A stretch of DNA of 64,000 bases from the NCBI GenBank assembly GCA_964291235.2, contig OZ219816.1, forward strand, positions 1,024,001-1,088,000. The letters are read 5' to 3'. This DNA comes from Vicinamibacteria bacterium (GTDB taxonomy: Bacteria; Acidobacteriota; Vicinamibacteria; Marinacidobacterales; Marinacidobacteraceae). This document shows, piece by piece, positions 29,510 through 39,380 of this stretch (its first letter is position 1; each line of letters opens with the position of its first letter). The translations under genes were made by a program, and so were the position numbers. The notes under the pieces are model-generated. The model was not told where the DNA came from and did not search any database. It saw nothing but the letters and a program-made list of their open reading frames with translations.

Positions 29510-30067
29510 CTACCGGTAGGTCAGAACCGTGTGCACGGGGGCGCCAAGGCGAGCGAGACGTTCCGCCCCGCCGAGCGGCAGGAGCGCGATCAGGAGGGAA
29601 AAGCCGGCCACCGTGACCCCGAGGCGCCGACAAAGGCGGAATGCCGCCGCCGCCGTGCCGCCGGTGGCGAGGACATCGTCCACGATGAGTACCCGGTGGC
29701 CCCCGCTCAGGGCGTCCCGGTGCATTTCGAGCGCGCCCCGGCCGTACTCGAGTTCGTAGGCTTCGGCGACCGTCGGTGCGGGGAGTTTCCCCGGCTTGCG
29801 AATCGGCACGAGGGGGACGCCGAGTTCCAGGGCGACTCCGGCGCCGAAGAGGAATCCGCGGCTCTCGATGGCCACGACCGCGTCCACCGGAGCGTCTCCG
29901 AAGGGAGAAGCCAGAGCCTGGACCGCTTCCCGGAATGCCTCGCTATCGGCCAGAAGCGGCGTGATGTCCCGAAACAGGACTCCCGTCTCGGGAAAATCGG
30001 GGACGCTGCGGATCCGGGCCTTCAGCCGGGAGGCGAGACCGTCCTCAGTGGACGATGCGGAAGTCAT
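29510..30067 (-). CDS. apt: Adenine phosphoribosyltransferase
   Basis: VPDFPETGVLFRDITPLL, IESRGF, RKPGKLP, YELEYG, VLIVDDVLATGGT. Confidence 0.97.
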   Translation of the reverse strand: MTSASSTEDGLASRLKARIRSVPDFPETGVLFRDITPLLADSEAFREAVQALASPFGDAPVDAVVAIESRGFLFGAGVALELGVPLVPIRKPGKLPAPTVAEAYELEYGRGALEMHRDALSGGHRVLIVDDVLATGGTAAAAFRLCRRLGVTVAGFSLLIALLPLGGAERLARLGAPVHTVLTYR

Positions 30068-30332
30068 CCGGTCGGCCCCCTGGGTCCGGCAGCTCGACGG
30101 TGTCTTCCAGGATGGCGTCGACACGTCCGGGCATTTCGGTCTGCAATGCGCTCCGGAACCTCTCCAGGACTTCGGGGATGGCGAAGGCGCGGATTTCCAC
30201 CGTGCCGTCGGGGCGGTTCTTCACTGCCCCCCGGACTCCGAGCGCCCGGGCCAGACGCGCCGTACTCCACCGGAATCCGACTCCCTGAACGAAACCGGAA
30301 ACCAGGTAGCGTCGAGCGACCAGCTCTCCCAC
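30045..30332 (-). CDS. acyP: Acylphosphatase
   Basis: VSGFVQGVGFR, GAVKNRPDGTVE, DFRI. Confidence 0.9.
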   Translation of the reverse strand: MGELVARRYLVSGFVQGVGFRWSTARLARALGVRGAVKNRPDGTVEIRAFAIPEVLERFRSALQTEMPGRVDAILEDTVELPDPGGRPDDFRIVH

Positions 30333-30338
30333 GGCGCT

Positions 30339-30667
30339 TAGCAGCCTGTGGCAAAACCCACGCGGTATTCCCGAGCCAAGAGAGAAGGGGGACGGGCAAA
30401 CCCGTCCCCCGTCTCTCTCGCTCCGGGGTCTGCGCGCGGCTCGCGCCGCGCTCCGGAAACGACGAGCGATGCATCCCGGCTGGCCCCCACCGGGAGAACT
30501 GGCCGCGCCTCTGCGAGGCGCTCATCGTTGCGTTTCGGTCGAAATACGCTCGGTATTCCTCCCTCACGCGCCGCCCCCACCGGGAGAACTGGGTCAGCCG
30601 GACCCCCACCGGGAGAACTGGGCCTCACTCGTCTCGGTGCTCGCGTGCGTTTCACCACAGGCTGCTA
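30339..30667 (+). mobile_element. MITE (family A), longest copy
   Basis: Perfect 13-bp TIR TAGCAGCCTGTGG/CCACAGGCTGCTA; three internal CCCCCACCGGGAGAACTGG modules; supplies the TAG stop of the adjacent gene. Confidence 0.85.
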
Positions 30668-31843
30668 ACCGACGGTTGCGAGAGCGCCTTCGAGATCCCG
30701 CAGCAGGTCGGCGACATCTTCGACCCCTACGGAGAGACGCACCAGCCCGTCGCCGATACCGATGGCGCGGCGCATGGGCTCCGGAACCGAGGCGTGGGTC
30801 ATGGTGGCGGGATGGTTCGCCAGGCTCTCCACCCCGCCGAGGCTCTCGGCGATGTGGAAGACGCGAAGCGCTTCCATGAGGCTCCGGGCGCGGTCCATGG
30901 TTCCGACGTCGAAGGAGAGCATGCCTCCGAAGCCGGTCATTTGACGGCGGGCCAGTTCGTGGCCCGGGTGGTCGGGGAGCCCGGGATAGTGCACCGCGGC
31001 GACGTCCGGATGCTTTTTGAGCATCCGGGCAATCGCGCGCGCGTTCTGGTCGTGCCGCTCCATGCGGAGCGCCAGCGTCTTCGTACTGCGGAGCAGAAGC
31101 CAGGATTCGAAGGGCGAGAGAATCGCTCCGGCAGCGTTTTGCAGGTAGTGGAAACGAGCGACGTGCTCGGCCTCCCGCGCGACCAGAATGCCGCCGACGC
31201 CGTCGCTGTGCCCGTTCAGGTACTTGGTGGAGGAGTGCACCACGATGTGGGCGCCCAGCTCGAGTGGCCGCTGGAAATACGGGGACATGAAGGTGTTGTC
31301 CACCACCACCAGGGCGCCGGCCGCGCGGGCGGCATCCGCGAGGGTGCGGAGATCGGCGATCCGCAGCATCGGGTTGGTCGGGGTCTCCAGGAACAGCATG
31401 GATGCCCCCGCCTCGAGTTCCCGGATGGTGGCCCCGGTATCGCTCGTGTCCATCCAGGTGAAATCGAGCCCCCGGGGACGCAACACGTTCTCGCCGAGCC
31501 GGTAGGTGCCGCCGTAGCTGTCGGCGGTGGCGATGACCCGCCCGCCGCTGGGCACGAGATCGAAGGCCATCACGATCGCCGCCATTCCGGATGCGCAGGC
31601 AATCGCCCCGGAGCCGCCCTCAAGCGAGGCCAGGTTCGCTTCCACGGCGTTTCGCGTGGGATTCCCTGTCCGCGAGTACTCGTAATCGCCCGGCTGGCCG
31701 GGCGACTTCTGGATGAACGTCGCGGCCTGGACCAGCGGTACCACGACGGCGCCGCTGCCCGAGTCCGGATGCTGTCCGGCGTGGATGGCTCGGGTTGCAA
31801 AGCCCCGGACCACTGGGTCGGGAGCTGGTTTCGCGGAGGGCAA
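30665..31843 (-). CDS. Cystathionine gamma-lyase/synthase (Cys/Met PLP family)
   Basis: FATRAIHAGQ, YEYSRTGNPTR, ETPTNP, DNTFMSPY, HSSTKYLNGHSD, AESLGGVESL, RLSVGVED; start TTG 31843 or GTG 31813. Confidence 0.93.
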   Translation of the reverse strand: MPSAKPAPDPVVRGFATRAIHAGQHPDSGSGAVVVPLVQAATFIQKSPGQPGDYEYSRTGNPTRNAVEANLASLEGGSGAIACASGMAAIVMAFDLVPSGGRVIATADSYGGTYRLGENVLRPRGLDFTWMDTSDTGATIRELEAGASMLFLETPTNPMLRIADLRTLADAARAAGALVVVDNTFMSPYFQRPLELGAHIVVHSSTKYLNGHSDGVGGILVAREAEHVARFHYLQNAAGAILSPFESWLLLRSTKTLALRMERHDQNARAIARMLKKHPDVAAVHYPGLPDHPGHELARRQMTGFGGMLSFDVGTMDRARSLMEALRVFHIAESLGGVESLANHPATMTHASVPEPMRRAIGIGDGLVRLSVGVEDVADLLRDLEGALATVG

Positions 31844-31962
31844 GGGGGCGGATTCTATGAGAGTCCGACGCGACGCCCGCCCGGGCTGAACGCGTCCGGG
31901 CGAGGCTCGGGGCGTTCCGCGCCCTTGAGGCTGATAATTTGGGAGCGTTCCCCGCATCCACC

Positions 31963-32310
31963 GTGGCCGTAAGCGAAAAAACCGTCTATCGCGTTACCTT
32001 CCTGAATCAGGGAGAGGTGTACGAGCTCTACGCGCGCTCCGTCAGCCAGGGAGGCATCTTCGGGTTTGTGGAAATAGCGGATCTGATCTTCCGCGACGAG
32101 ACGAAGAAGGTCATCGATCCTTCCCGTGAGCGGATCGCGAACGAGTTCAAGGGTGTCCCGCGGACTTTCGTGCCGCTCCACGCGGTACTCCGGATCGATC
32201 AGGTCGAGCGGGAAGGGGAGGCCCGGATCACGCCCAACGCCGGTACGGCGCCGCGTGGCCAGGTGCGCCTCTTCCCGGCTCCGATACCCACGCCGGCCAC
32301 CGACTCCTGA
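31963..32310 (+). CDS. DUF1820 family protein
   Basis: YRVTFLNQGEVYELYA, FGFVEI, IDPSRE, EFKGV, VPLHAVLRIDQV. Confidence 0.8.
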   Translation: MAVSEKTVYRVTFLNQGEVYELYARSVSQGGIFGFVEIADLIFRDETKKVIDPSRERIANEFKGVPRTFVPLHAVLRIDQVEREGEARITPNAGTAPRGQVRLFPAPIPTPATDS

Positions 32311-32315
32311 AACGC

Positions 32316-34043
32316 ATGGACCCATCCCGGCCGGCGGTTGCGGGGTTGGCCCTGGCGCTGCTCGGAGGCTTCGCCCCCGCCGCGCCGGCGATCATCCAGC
32401 CGGCGCCGGCGATCACCCAGCCCGCCGCCTCCGCCGTCGATTCCGTCTTCGCGGCCTGGGACCGGCAGGACTCTCCCGGGTGCGCCGCTGGCGCTCTCCG
32501 GCACGGCGAGTGGGTTTTCCGCAACGCCTACGGGATGGCCAACCTGGACCACGCGGTTCCGCTCACTCCCGACTCGATGTTCCGGATGGCCTCGGTGTCC
32601 AAGCAGTTCACGGTCGCGGCCGTGCTGGTCGCCGAGAATCAGGGGCTCTTGTCGCTCGAGGATCCCCTCCGCAAGCACTTCCCCGATCTCCCGGGTTGGG
32701 CCGACCCGGTCCGGATTCGGCATCTCGTGCACCACACGAGCGGGATCCGCGACTACCTGGTGGTCATGTCCCTGGGGGGTTTCGGGGATGACGCGCACTA
32801 CACCGATGCCGACGTGCTCGCGGCGCTGCGCCGGCTCGAGCGGCTGAACTTCGACCCGGGCACTGAGTACCTCTACTCCAACTCGGGCTACTGGCTCCTC
32901 GCCGAGCTGATCCCCCGGGTTTCCGGTCTGACGCTGCGGCAGTTCGCCGCGGAGCATCTCCTCGGGCCGGTGGGCATGAACAACAGCCACTTCCATGACC
33001 GCTACCGGGAAGTGGTTCCCGGGCGGGCCACCGGCTACCGGCCGCTTCCGGAAGCCGAGGGCGGCGGGTTCGAGGTGGATGCGACCACGCTCGAAATGGT
33101 CGGCGACGGCGGCCTCATGACGTCGGTCAACGAACTCGCACACTGGGAGAGGATGTTTCTCGATCCGGCGGTGCTCGGGCCCGAGCTGGTCGGACGCCTG
33201 CTGGAACCGGGGCGATTTCGTGACGGCTCGGTTCAGGACTACGCCGGCGGGCTCGTCCTCGGTGTGTACCGGGGTCTCCCCACCGTCTCTCACGGGGGTT
33301 CCTGGGTGGGCTTTCGGACCTACGCACTCCGCTTTCCCGAACAGGCGTTCGCGGTCTTCGTGCTCTGCAACTCCGCCGGCGCCGACCCCGGGGCGCTCTC
33401 GCGGCGGGTCGCTGATCTGTTCCTGGCGGATGCGCTGGCTCCCTCCCCGGAGGTTTCGGGTTCCGGTTCCACCGAAGACGCCGGGTTGGCGCCCGGCCAG
33501 TTCTGGGAATCCGGCTCAAGGTCGCTCGCGTCGGTCGAGCGACGGGATTCGGACGAGGGATCCGGCCTCGTGCTGGTCCGGGGCGCCACGCGAACCCCGT
33601 TGTCCCTGGTCGGAGGTGCGCTCTCCGGACTACTGGGAGATACTCGGTTTCATATCGAGCCGCTCTCGGGAAGTCTTTCCGACGGTTTCGCGCTCCGGCA
33701 GCCGGGACAGCGGGACTTCCACTACGTGCGTATCGAGGAATTCCGACGCGAGGAGGGGCAGCCCGCTTTCGCCGACCTGGTCGAGCTTGCCGGCGCCTAT
33801 CGCTGCCGGGAACTGGACGTCAGCTACGAAGTGCGGTTTGACGCGCGCCCCGGGCTCACGCTGGTGGGCCTCGGCGGGGAGCGGGCCCTGGAGCCGGTGT
33901 TCGTGGACCCGGAAGGACACGCACCGGTGTACGCCTGGGACCGGGGGACGGTACGGTTCCTGCCCGACCCGGGCGAGGCCCGCGCCCGCGCGTTCGAGTT
34001 GTCGGCGGGCCGGGCCCGGGGTTTCCTGTTCGTCCGCGAGTGA
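32316..34043 (+). CDS. Exported serine hydrolase (beta-lactamase/AmpC-like)
   Basis: FRMASVSKQF (SxxK), HHTSG, YLYSNSGY (YxN), HGGSWVG. Confidence 0.9.
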   Translation: MDPSRPAVAGLALALLGGFAPAAPAIIQPAPAITQPAASAVDSVFAAWDRQDSPGCAAGALRHGEWVFRNAYGMANLDHAVPLTPDSMFRMASVSKQFTVAAVLVAENQGLLSLEDPLRKHFPDLPGWADPVRIRHLVHHTSGIRDYLVVMSLGGFGDDAHYTDADVLAALRRLERLNFDPGTEYLYSNSGYWLLAELIPRVSGLTLRQFAAEHLLGPVGMNNSHFHDRYREVVPGRATGYRPLPEAEGGGFEVDATTLEMVGDGGLMTSVNELAHWERMFLDPAVLGPELVGRLLEPGRFRDGSVQDYAGGLVLGVYRGLPTVSHGGSWVGFRTYALRFPEQAFAVFVLCNSAGADPGALSRRVADLFLADALAPSPEVSGSGSTEDAGLAPGQFWESGSRSLASVERRDSDEGSGLVLVRGATRTPLSLVGGALSGLLGDTRFHIEPLSGSLSDGFALRQPGQRDFHYVRIEEFRREEGQPAFADLVELAGAYRCRELDVSYEVRFDARPGLTLVGLGGERALEPVFVDPEGHAPVYAWDRGTVRFLPDPGEARARAFELSAGRARGFLFVRE

Positions 34044-34202
34044 AGGAACCGTTTCGCCCGCTCTCGAATCCGCGGGCGCTGGCCGTTTATCGGCGGCCGC
34101 TACGGGCGTCCGGATGCTGGTAGCATGGCCGTCGCAGGCGGCAGGCGAGTTGCAGATTTCGTCGCGAAGCGGCGGGGCCGCGTGCTGAAGGGGAAAAGAC
34201 TC

Positions 34203-35366
34203 ATGTCGAAACAGACCACTCGTCGCGAAGTCCTCCGGGGCGGTGTCGCGCTGGCCGGGCTCGGGACCCTCGGCGTGCCGGAATGGGCGTTTCCCGCACT
34301 CGCGCAGGGCGAGGAACTCGTCGAGTTCACCGACTTGCCGGACGAGATCGTGCTCGCGCCGACGCCGGACCGCCGCATCATTGACGTCCGGAACATCGAC
34401 GGCTCGATCACGCCGGCCGACCAGTGGTTCACCACCCAGCACTACGGCCATCCGGAGGTCGATCCGGACACCTACCAGTTGAAGGTGTCGGGCATGGTGA
34501 ACACCACGTTGAACCTGTCGCTGGCCGACCTCCGGGCGATGCCCAGCCGGGAGCTGGTGTTCGGGTTCGAGTGCTCGGGCAACCGGGGTCCGTTGAACGG
34601 GCTGTCGAGTAACGGGCGCTGGACCGGCGTCCCGCTACGGGCGGTCCTCGAGCGGGCGGGCGTTATGGATCGCGCCCGTGAGGTCGTCTTCTTCGGGGCC
34701 GATCACGGCGAGGAAGAGGTCGTGTTCCGGGGCCGGACCTACAACGTCGAACAGCAGTACGGCCGCAGTCTGACGCGGGACAAGGCGCTCTCGGACGAGC
34801 CGCTGCTGGCGTACGCGCTGAACGGCGAGCCGCTGAGCGTGCACCAGGGCCGTCCGCTCCGGCTGCTGGTCCCCGGCTGGTACGGCGCGCCGAACGTCAA
34901 GTTCCTCTCCGAGATCCATGTGCAGGAAGACCCCTATCTCGGCAAGTACCAGGCGCGCTGGTACCGCACCCTGAAGGGGGAGATGATCAACGGCGAGATG
35001 AAGTGGGTTGAGACCGCGATCACGAAGATGCGGCTGAAGTCGTACATTGCCCGGGTGACGAAGGTGGGCGACCACCACCGCGTCTTCGGGGTGATCCTGC
35101 ACGACGGCACGCCCATTGAGTCGGTCGAAGTGCAGGTGGACGACGGTCCGTGGCAGGCCGCCACCCTCGACCCCGGTATGACCGAGAAGTACTCGTGGAA
35201 GTTCTTCACCTACGACTGGCACGGGGCGACGCCGGGCGAGCACACCGTCACCTCGCGCGCCTCCGACGCGAGTGGCTATCGGCAGCCGACCGCCGAGGAA
35301 CTCGAGGTCAAGCACACGTTCCTCGAGCAGAACAACCAACATCCGCGGACGCTGATCATCGCCTGA
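34203..35366 (+). CDS. Tat-exported sulfite-oxidase-family molybdoenzyme
   Basis: TTRREVL; FECSGN, WTGVPL, AYALNGEPL..HQGRPLRLLVPGWYG..NVK; C-terminal dimerisation domain. Confidence 0.9.
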   Translation: MSKQTTRREVLRGGVALAGLGTLGVPEWAFPALAQGEELVEFTDLPDEIVLAPTPDRRIIDVRNIDGSITPADQWFTTQHYGHPEVDPDTYQLKVSGMVNTTLNLSLADLRAMPSRELVFGFECSGNRGPLNGLSSNGRWTGVPLRAVLERAGVMDRAREVVFFGADHGEEEVVFRGRTYNVEQQYGRSLTRDKALSDEPLLAYALNGEPLSVHQGRPLRLLVPGWYGAPNVKFLSEIHVQEDPYLGKYQARWYRTLKGEMINGEMKWVETAITKMRLKSYIARVTKVGDHHRVFGVILHDGTPIESVEVQVDDGPWQAATLDPGMTEKYSWKFFTYDWHGATPGEHTVTSRASDASGYRQPTAEELEVKHTFLEQNNQHPRTLIIA

Positions 35367-35385
35367 CGGCGCGCGCCGGCGCTGG

Positions 35386-35823
35386 GTGCCCTTCCGACCG
35401 CCCGCGAATCCACGGGCGCTGGCAGCGTTCCTGGCGCGGACGCTGTTGGGCCTGATCTTTCTGATGGCGGGCTGGTGGAAGGTGTTCAGTCTGGGGCCGG
35501 TGGAACACGCTCGGTCTTTCTTCGTGCAGCCGTACGCGGACACCTGGCTGCCGGAGCTGGCGCTGTGGGCGACGGGGACGGCGGTACCGTTCGTGGAGCT
35601 CCTGGCTGGAGGTTTGCTGCTGGTCGGCTGGTTCCGCTGGCCTGCGGCGCTCGGACTGGGCGGGGTACTGGTCCTCGTCACCTTCGGGCATCTGCTGGCG
35701 GAGCCGCTCTTTGCGTTCAACGCGCATGTGATCCCGCGCACGGTGTTGCTGATCGTGGTGCTCGTGCTCTTCGAAGAGGACCAATGGAGCGTGGACGGGT
35801 GGCTGCGGCGCCGCGCCGGCTGA
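35386..35823 (+). CDS. DoxX family membrane protein
   Basis: RTLLGLIFLMAGWWK, PFVELLAGGLLLVG, WSVD. Confidence 0.8.
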   Translation: MPFRPPANPRALAAFLARTLLGLIFLMAGWWKVFSLGPVEHARSFFVQPYADTWLPELALWATGTAVPFVELLAGGLLLVGWFRWPAALGLGGVLVLVTFGHLLAEPLFAFNAHVIPRTVLLIVVLVLFEEDQWSVDGWLRRRAG

Positions 35824-35948
35824 CCGGAGCGGCCCGCGCCGGCTCCCCCGCCGGTATTCTTGGCAGCCTGCGGAGCGCGTGCGCCCCGCTGCCTCTTTCC
35901 ATCCCAAGATTCGACAACAAGATTCGACAAGGCGCGACCGTTCCTGCC

Positions 35949-38543
35949 ATGACCAACACCTCCACTCTCCGGATCCCGCGCCGGGGCGCCGTTCGCGCCC
36001 TCCGTGCTCTCGGCCTCTCGGCGCTCCTTGCCGCCGGGAGCCTCGCTACCCAGGCCGCCGCCCAAATCCCTACGCCCGAGGAGTTCTTCGGGCACCGGAT
36101 GGGCGCGGACCGCCAACTCGCCAAGTGGGACCGGCTCGTCGAGTACTACGAACTCATCGGCCAGGCGAGCGACCGGGTCCGGGTCGAGAACGTGGGCTCC
36201 TCGACGCTGGGGCGTCCCTTTCTCGTGTTGTATGTCTCCTCTCCGGAGAACCTGGCCCGGCTCGACGACTACCAACGGATGAACGCGGTCCTGCAGGATC
36301 CGCGGGGACATTCGCAGGCGGCGGTCGACGAGGCCATCGCGGAGGGCAAGGTGGTCTTCGTCCAGGGCTACGCGCTCCACTCGACGGAGGTCGCTGCCAG
36401 CCAGGCGGCGGCGGAGATCGTCTGGCTGTTCGCCACCCGGGCCGATCCGGAGATTCACGAGATCCTCGACAACACCATCTCGATCCTTGTTCCCTCCATG
36501 AATCCGGACGGAGTGGATCTGGTCAACGAGTGGTACGACCGGTGGGTGGGGACCGAATACGAGGCGGCCCAGCCACCGGGGCTCTACCACCACTACATCG
36601 GCCACGACAACAACCGCGATGCCTTCATGCAGAACACCGTGGAGTCGCGCTACGTAGCCGACATTCTCTTTCGGAAGTGGATCCCCCAAGGATTCATCGA
36701 CCACCACCAGATGGGGGCCTACACGGCGCGCATCTACCTGCCGCCCTACGCCGAGCCCATCCGTCCCGGAGCGGACCCGCTCGTCTGGCGGGAGATGTCC
36801 TGGTACGGCGCGCACATGGCCTACCGCATGGAGGAAGAGGGCTTCGAGGGGACGGTGAACTCCGCGATCTACTCGGGCTGGGGGCACTTCGGGTTCCACT
36901 GGATTACCCCCTTCCACAACATCGCCGGAATGCTCACCGAGTCGGCCAGCGCGCGGCTCGCGACCCCGCTCTACGTGCATCCGGACCAACTCCGCGGTTC
37001 GCGCCAGCTCCCGGAATATGAAGCGCAGACCACGTTCCCGAACCCCTGGCCCGGCGGCTGGTGGCACGTGCGCGACATCGTGGACCGGCAGATCTCGGCC
37101 ACCTTCTCGCCGCTCGAGATCGCGGCCCGGAATCGCGAGACCGTCCTGCGGAATGCCTGGCACAAGGCCAGCCGCCAGACGCAGCGGGGCGCCGAGGGCG
37201 AGGTGAAGGCATACATCGTGCCGGCGAGCCAGCACGACCCGCTGACCATGGGCAAGATGGTGGACAAGCTGCTTCTGCAAGGGATCACGGTGGAGCATTC
37301 GGCCACGGGGTTCACCCACGAGGGCCGGATGTACGGGCCGGGAAGCTGGGTGGTCTCGATGGCCCAGCCGAAACAGGGTGTCATCCGCTGGTTGCTGGGA
37401 CGGACCCTCTACCCGGACAACTCCTATACCCGGAACCGCGACGGCAATCCGATCCGTCCCTACGACATGTCCGGTGACGTGATCGCGGAGTTCATGGGCG
37501 TGCGCGTGGACGAGGCGCGCACGCCGGTCGAAACCGAACTCGAGGCGGTCGCCGAGCGGACACTGTCCGCGGGCGGGGTCGCGTCCACGGCGCCAAACGG
37601 GTACCGCGTTGACGGCGCGCTGAACGACGCCTTCCGCGCGGTGAACGTGCTCTTCGGGGCCGGGGCGTCCGTCAGCCGCGTCACCGGGGACGCAGCGGGG
37701 GCGAAGCGCGGTGACTTCATCGTTGCGTCCGGGGTCGCTCGGGAAACGCTGAACGAGGTGGCGGAGGCCACCGGGGTCAGCTTCGGCGCGCTCGACGGCG
37801 ATGTCGGCTCACAGTCCCTGTCGCAACAGCGGATCGGTATGTACCAGCGCTACTACGGCGGCAACATGGACGAGGGCTGGACCCGCTGGCTCCTCGAGGA
37901 TTTCGGTTTCGAGTACACGAGCCTCTTCGACCCGGAGATCCTCGCGGGCGACCTTCACGAGCGCTGGGACGTGATCGTGCTGCCCGCCGACTCGAAGGAG
38001 GGGATGCTCGGGCGAGAGGATCCCGGACAGACGCCGCCCGACTACCAGAGCGGTTTCGGGAAGGAGGGCACCGAGGCGCTCGAGGCGTTCGTAAAGAACG
38101 GGGGCACCCTCGTGACCTTCGCGCAGGCCGGACAGCTCGTACTAGACGAGTTCGACGTTCCAGTCCGCGACGCCGTTGCCGGCAAGTGGGGGGACGAATT
38201 CTGGGCGCCGGGCTCGACGCTCAAGGTGAAGGTGGACACGTCGAGTCCGTTCGCCTACGGGATGCCGGAGGATGCGCTGGTGGCTTACCTCGCGGGCGGG
38301 CAGGTGTACGAGACCATCGCGGGGGCGCGCAGCGCCGACGTGCGGCGCGTACTGACCTACGTGGAGCGCGATCTCCTGCAGAGCGGCTGGCTGCTCGGCG
38401 AGGACGAGATCGCGAACAAGGCCGCCATGGTGTCGGTGGACCACGGGGAGGGGAAGGTCGTGATGATCGGCTTCCGCGCCCAGCACCGCGCCCAGACCCA
38501 CGGCACCTTCAAGCTGTTCTTCAACGCCCTGGTCGGCGAGTAG
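35949..38543 (+). CDS. Exported M14 zinc carboxypeptidase-like protein with C-terminal GATase-like domain
   Basis: Signal peptide; LHSTE, NPDG, YIGHDNNRD, DHHQMG, MDEGWTRW, GTFKLFFNAL. Confidence 0.9.
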   Translation: MTNTSTLRIPRRGAVRALRALGLSALLAAGSLATQAAAQIPTPEEFFGHRMGADRQLAKWDRLVEYYELIGQASDRVRVENVGSSTLGRPFLVLYVSSPENLARLDDYQRMNAVLQDPRGHSQAAVDEAIAEGKVVFVQGYALHSTEVAASQAAAEIVWLFATRADPEIHEILDNTISILVPSMNPDGVDLVNEWYDRWVGTEYEAAQPPGLYHHYIGHDNNRDAFMQNTVESRYVADILFRKWIPQGFIDHHQMGAYTARIYLPPYAEPIRPGADPLVWREMSWYGAHMAYRMEEEGFEGTVNSAIYSGWGHFGFHWITPFHNIAGMLTESASARLATPLYVHPDQLRGSRQLPEYEAQTTFPNPWPGGWWHVRDIVDRQISATFSPLEIAARNRETVLRNAWHKASRQTQRGAEGEVKAYIVPASQHDPLTMGKMVDKLLLQGITVEHSATGFTHEGRMYGPGSWVVSMAQPKQGVIRWLLGRTLYPDNSYTRNRDGNPIRPYDMSGDVIAEFMGVRVDEARTPVETELEAVAERTLSAGGVASTAPNGYRVDGALNDAFRAVNVLFGAGASVSRVTGDAAGAKRGDFIVASGVARETLNEVAEATGVSFGALDGDVGSQSLSQQRIGMYQRYYGGNMDEGWTRWLLEDFGFEYTSLFDPEILAGDLHERWDVIVLPADSKEGMLGREDPGQTPPDYQSGFGKEGTEALEAFVKNGGTLVTFAQAGQLVLDEFDVPVRDAVAGKWGDEFWAPGSTLKVKVDTSSPFAYGMPEDALVAYLAGGQVYETIAGARSADVRRVLTYVERDLLQSGWLLGEDEIANKAAMVSVDHGEGKVVMIGFRAQHRAQTHGTFKLFFNALVGE

Positions 38544-38702
38544 GCCGGGAGGGCCGGCAGGAGCGCCGGCCTCCGGCCGGCATCGTCCCCCGGAGGGGGA
38601 CGAAACGCGTATCGGTGCTCAGCCGCACGGCGCGCCGGTACCAGAGGCGTTTCCCCGTCGACGTCTGGCTGGGGCTGAGCGCCGGATGAGACGCGTGAGT
38701 TT

Positions 38703-39375
38703 CGCGGCCTGCGGCCGCGATGTCGGCCTGGAGGCCGACCCAGTCCTCCGAGTGGGGTTCCCGTGCGTGTGCGACATCAAGGCCGGTGCGGGTTTTCGCC
38801 GAGAGGGGAGTCATCCTGACGGATGGGGTTTTCGCCGAGAGGGGAGTCATCCTGACGGATGGGGTCTGCGCCGACGCGGGCCTGCGGCCCGCTGTGCCGA
38901 CCTGGAGGTCGGCGTTCCCGTGCCTGTGCGACATCAAGGCCGGTGGGGGTTTTCGCCGAGAGGGGAGTCATCCTGACGGACGGGGTCTGCGCCGACGCGG
39001 GCCTGCGGCCCGCTGTGCCGACCTGGAGGTCGGCGTTCCCGTGCCGGTGCGACATCAAGGCCGGTGGGGGTTTTCGCCGAGAGGGGAGTCATCCTGGCAG
39101 ATGGAGTCTGCGCCGACGCGGGCCTGCGGCCCGCTGTGCCGACCTGGAGGTCGGCGTTCCCGTGCCGGTGCGACATCAAGGCCGGTGGGGGTTTTCGCCG
39201 AGAGGGGAGTCATCCTGGCAGATGGGGTCTGCGCCGACGCAAGCCTGCGGCCCGCTGTGCCGACCTGGAGGTCGGCGTTCCCGTGCGTGTGCGACACCAC
39301 GGCTGTTGGCGTCGAGGCCGAGAGGGGAACCATCCTGACAGAGGTTTGTGCCGACGCCTGCCTCCGGCGGGCTGT
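38703..39375. repeat. Tandem array of about 5 copies of a 121-bp palindromic unit (BIME/REP-like, family B)
   Basis: GACA(T/C)C anchor at 38773, 38930, 39051, 39172, 39293 (period 121, first interval +36 from an internal duplication); hairpins GCCGACCT-GG-AGGTCGGC and GCGGGCC-TGC-GGCCCGC. Confidence 0.92.
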
Positions 39376-39380
39376 CCGGG

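Noticed and set aside
29315-31972. 885-aa plus ORF and similar long ORFs (1036-3285, 34635-37319, 45823-48120, 49920-52286)
   Set aside because: They overlap well-supported genes or a tRNA, lack motifs and are typical high-GC shadow ORFs.
35475-35948. N-terminal extension of the 1022-aa M14 ORF
   Set aside because: Overlaps the DoxX gene in another frame; the signal peptide begins at 35949.
38703-39375. Possible CRISPR array
   Set aside because: Units are near-identical along the full 121 bp with no unique spacers, and no cas genes are in the window.
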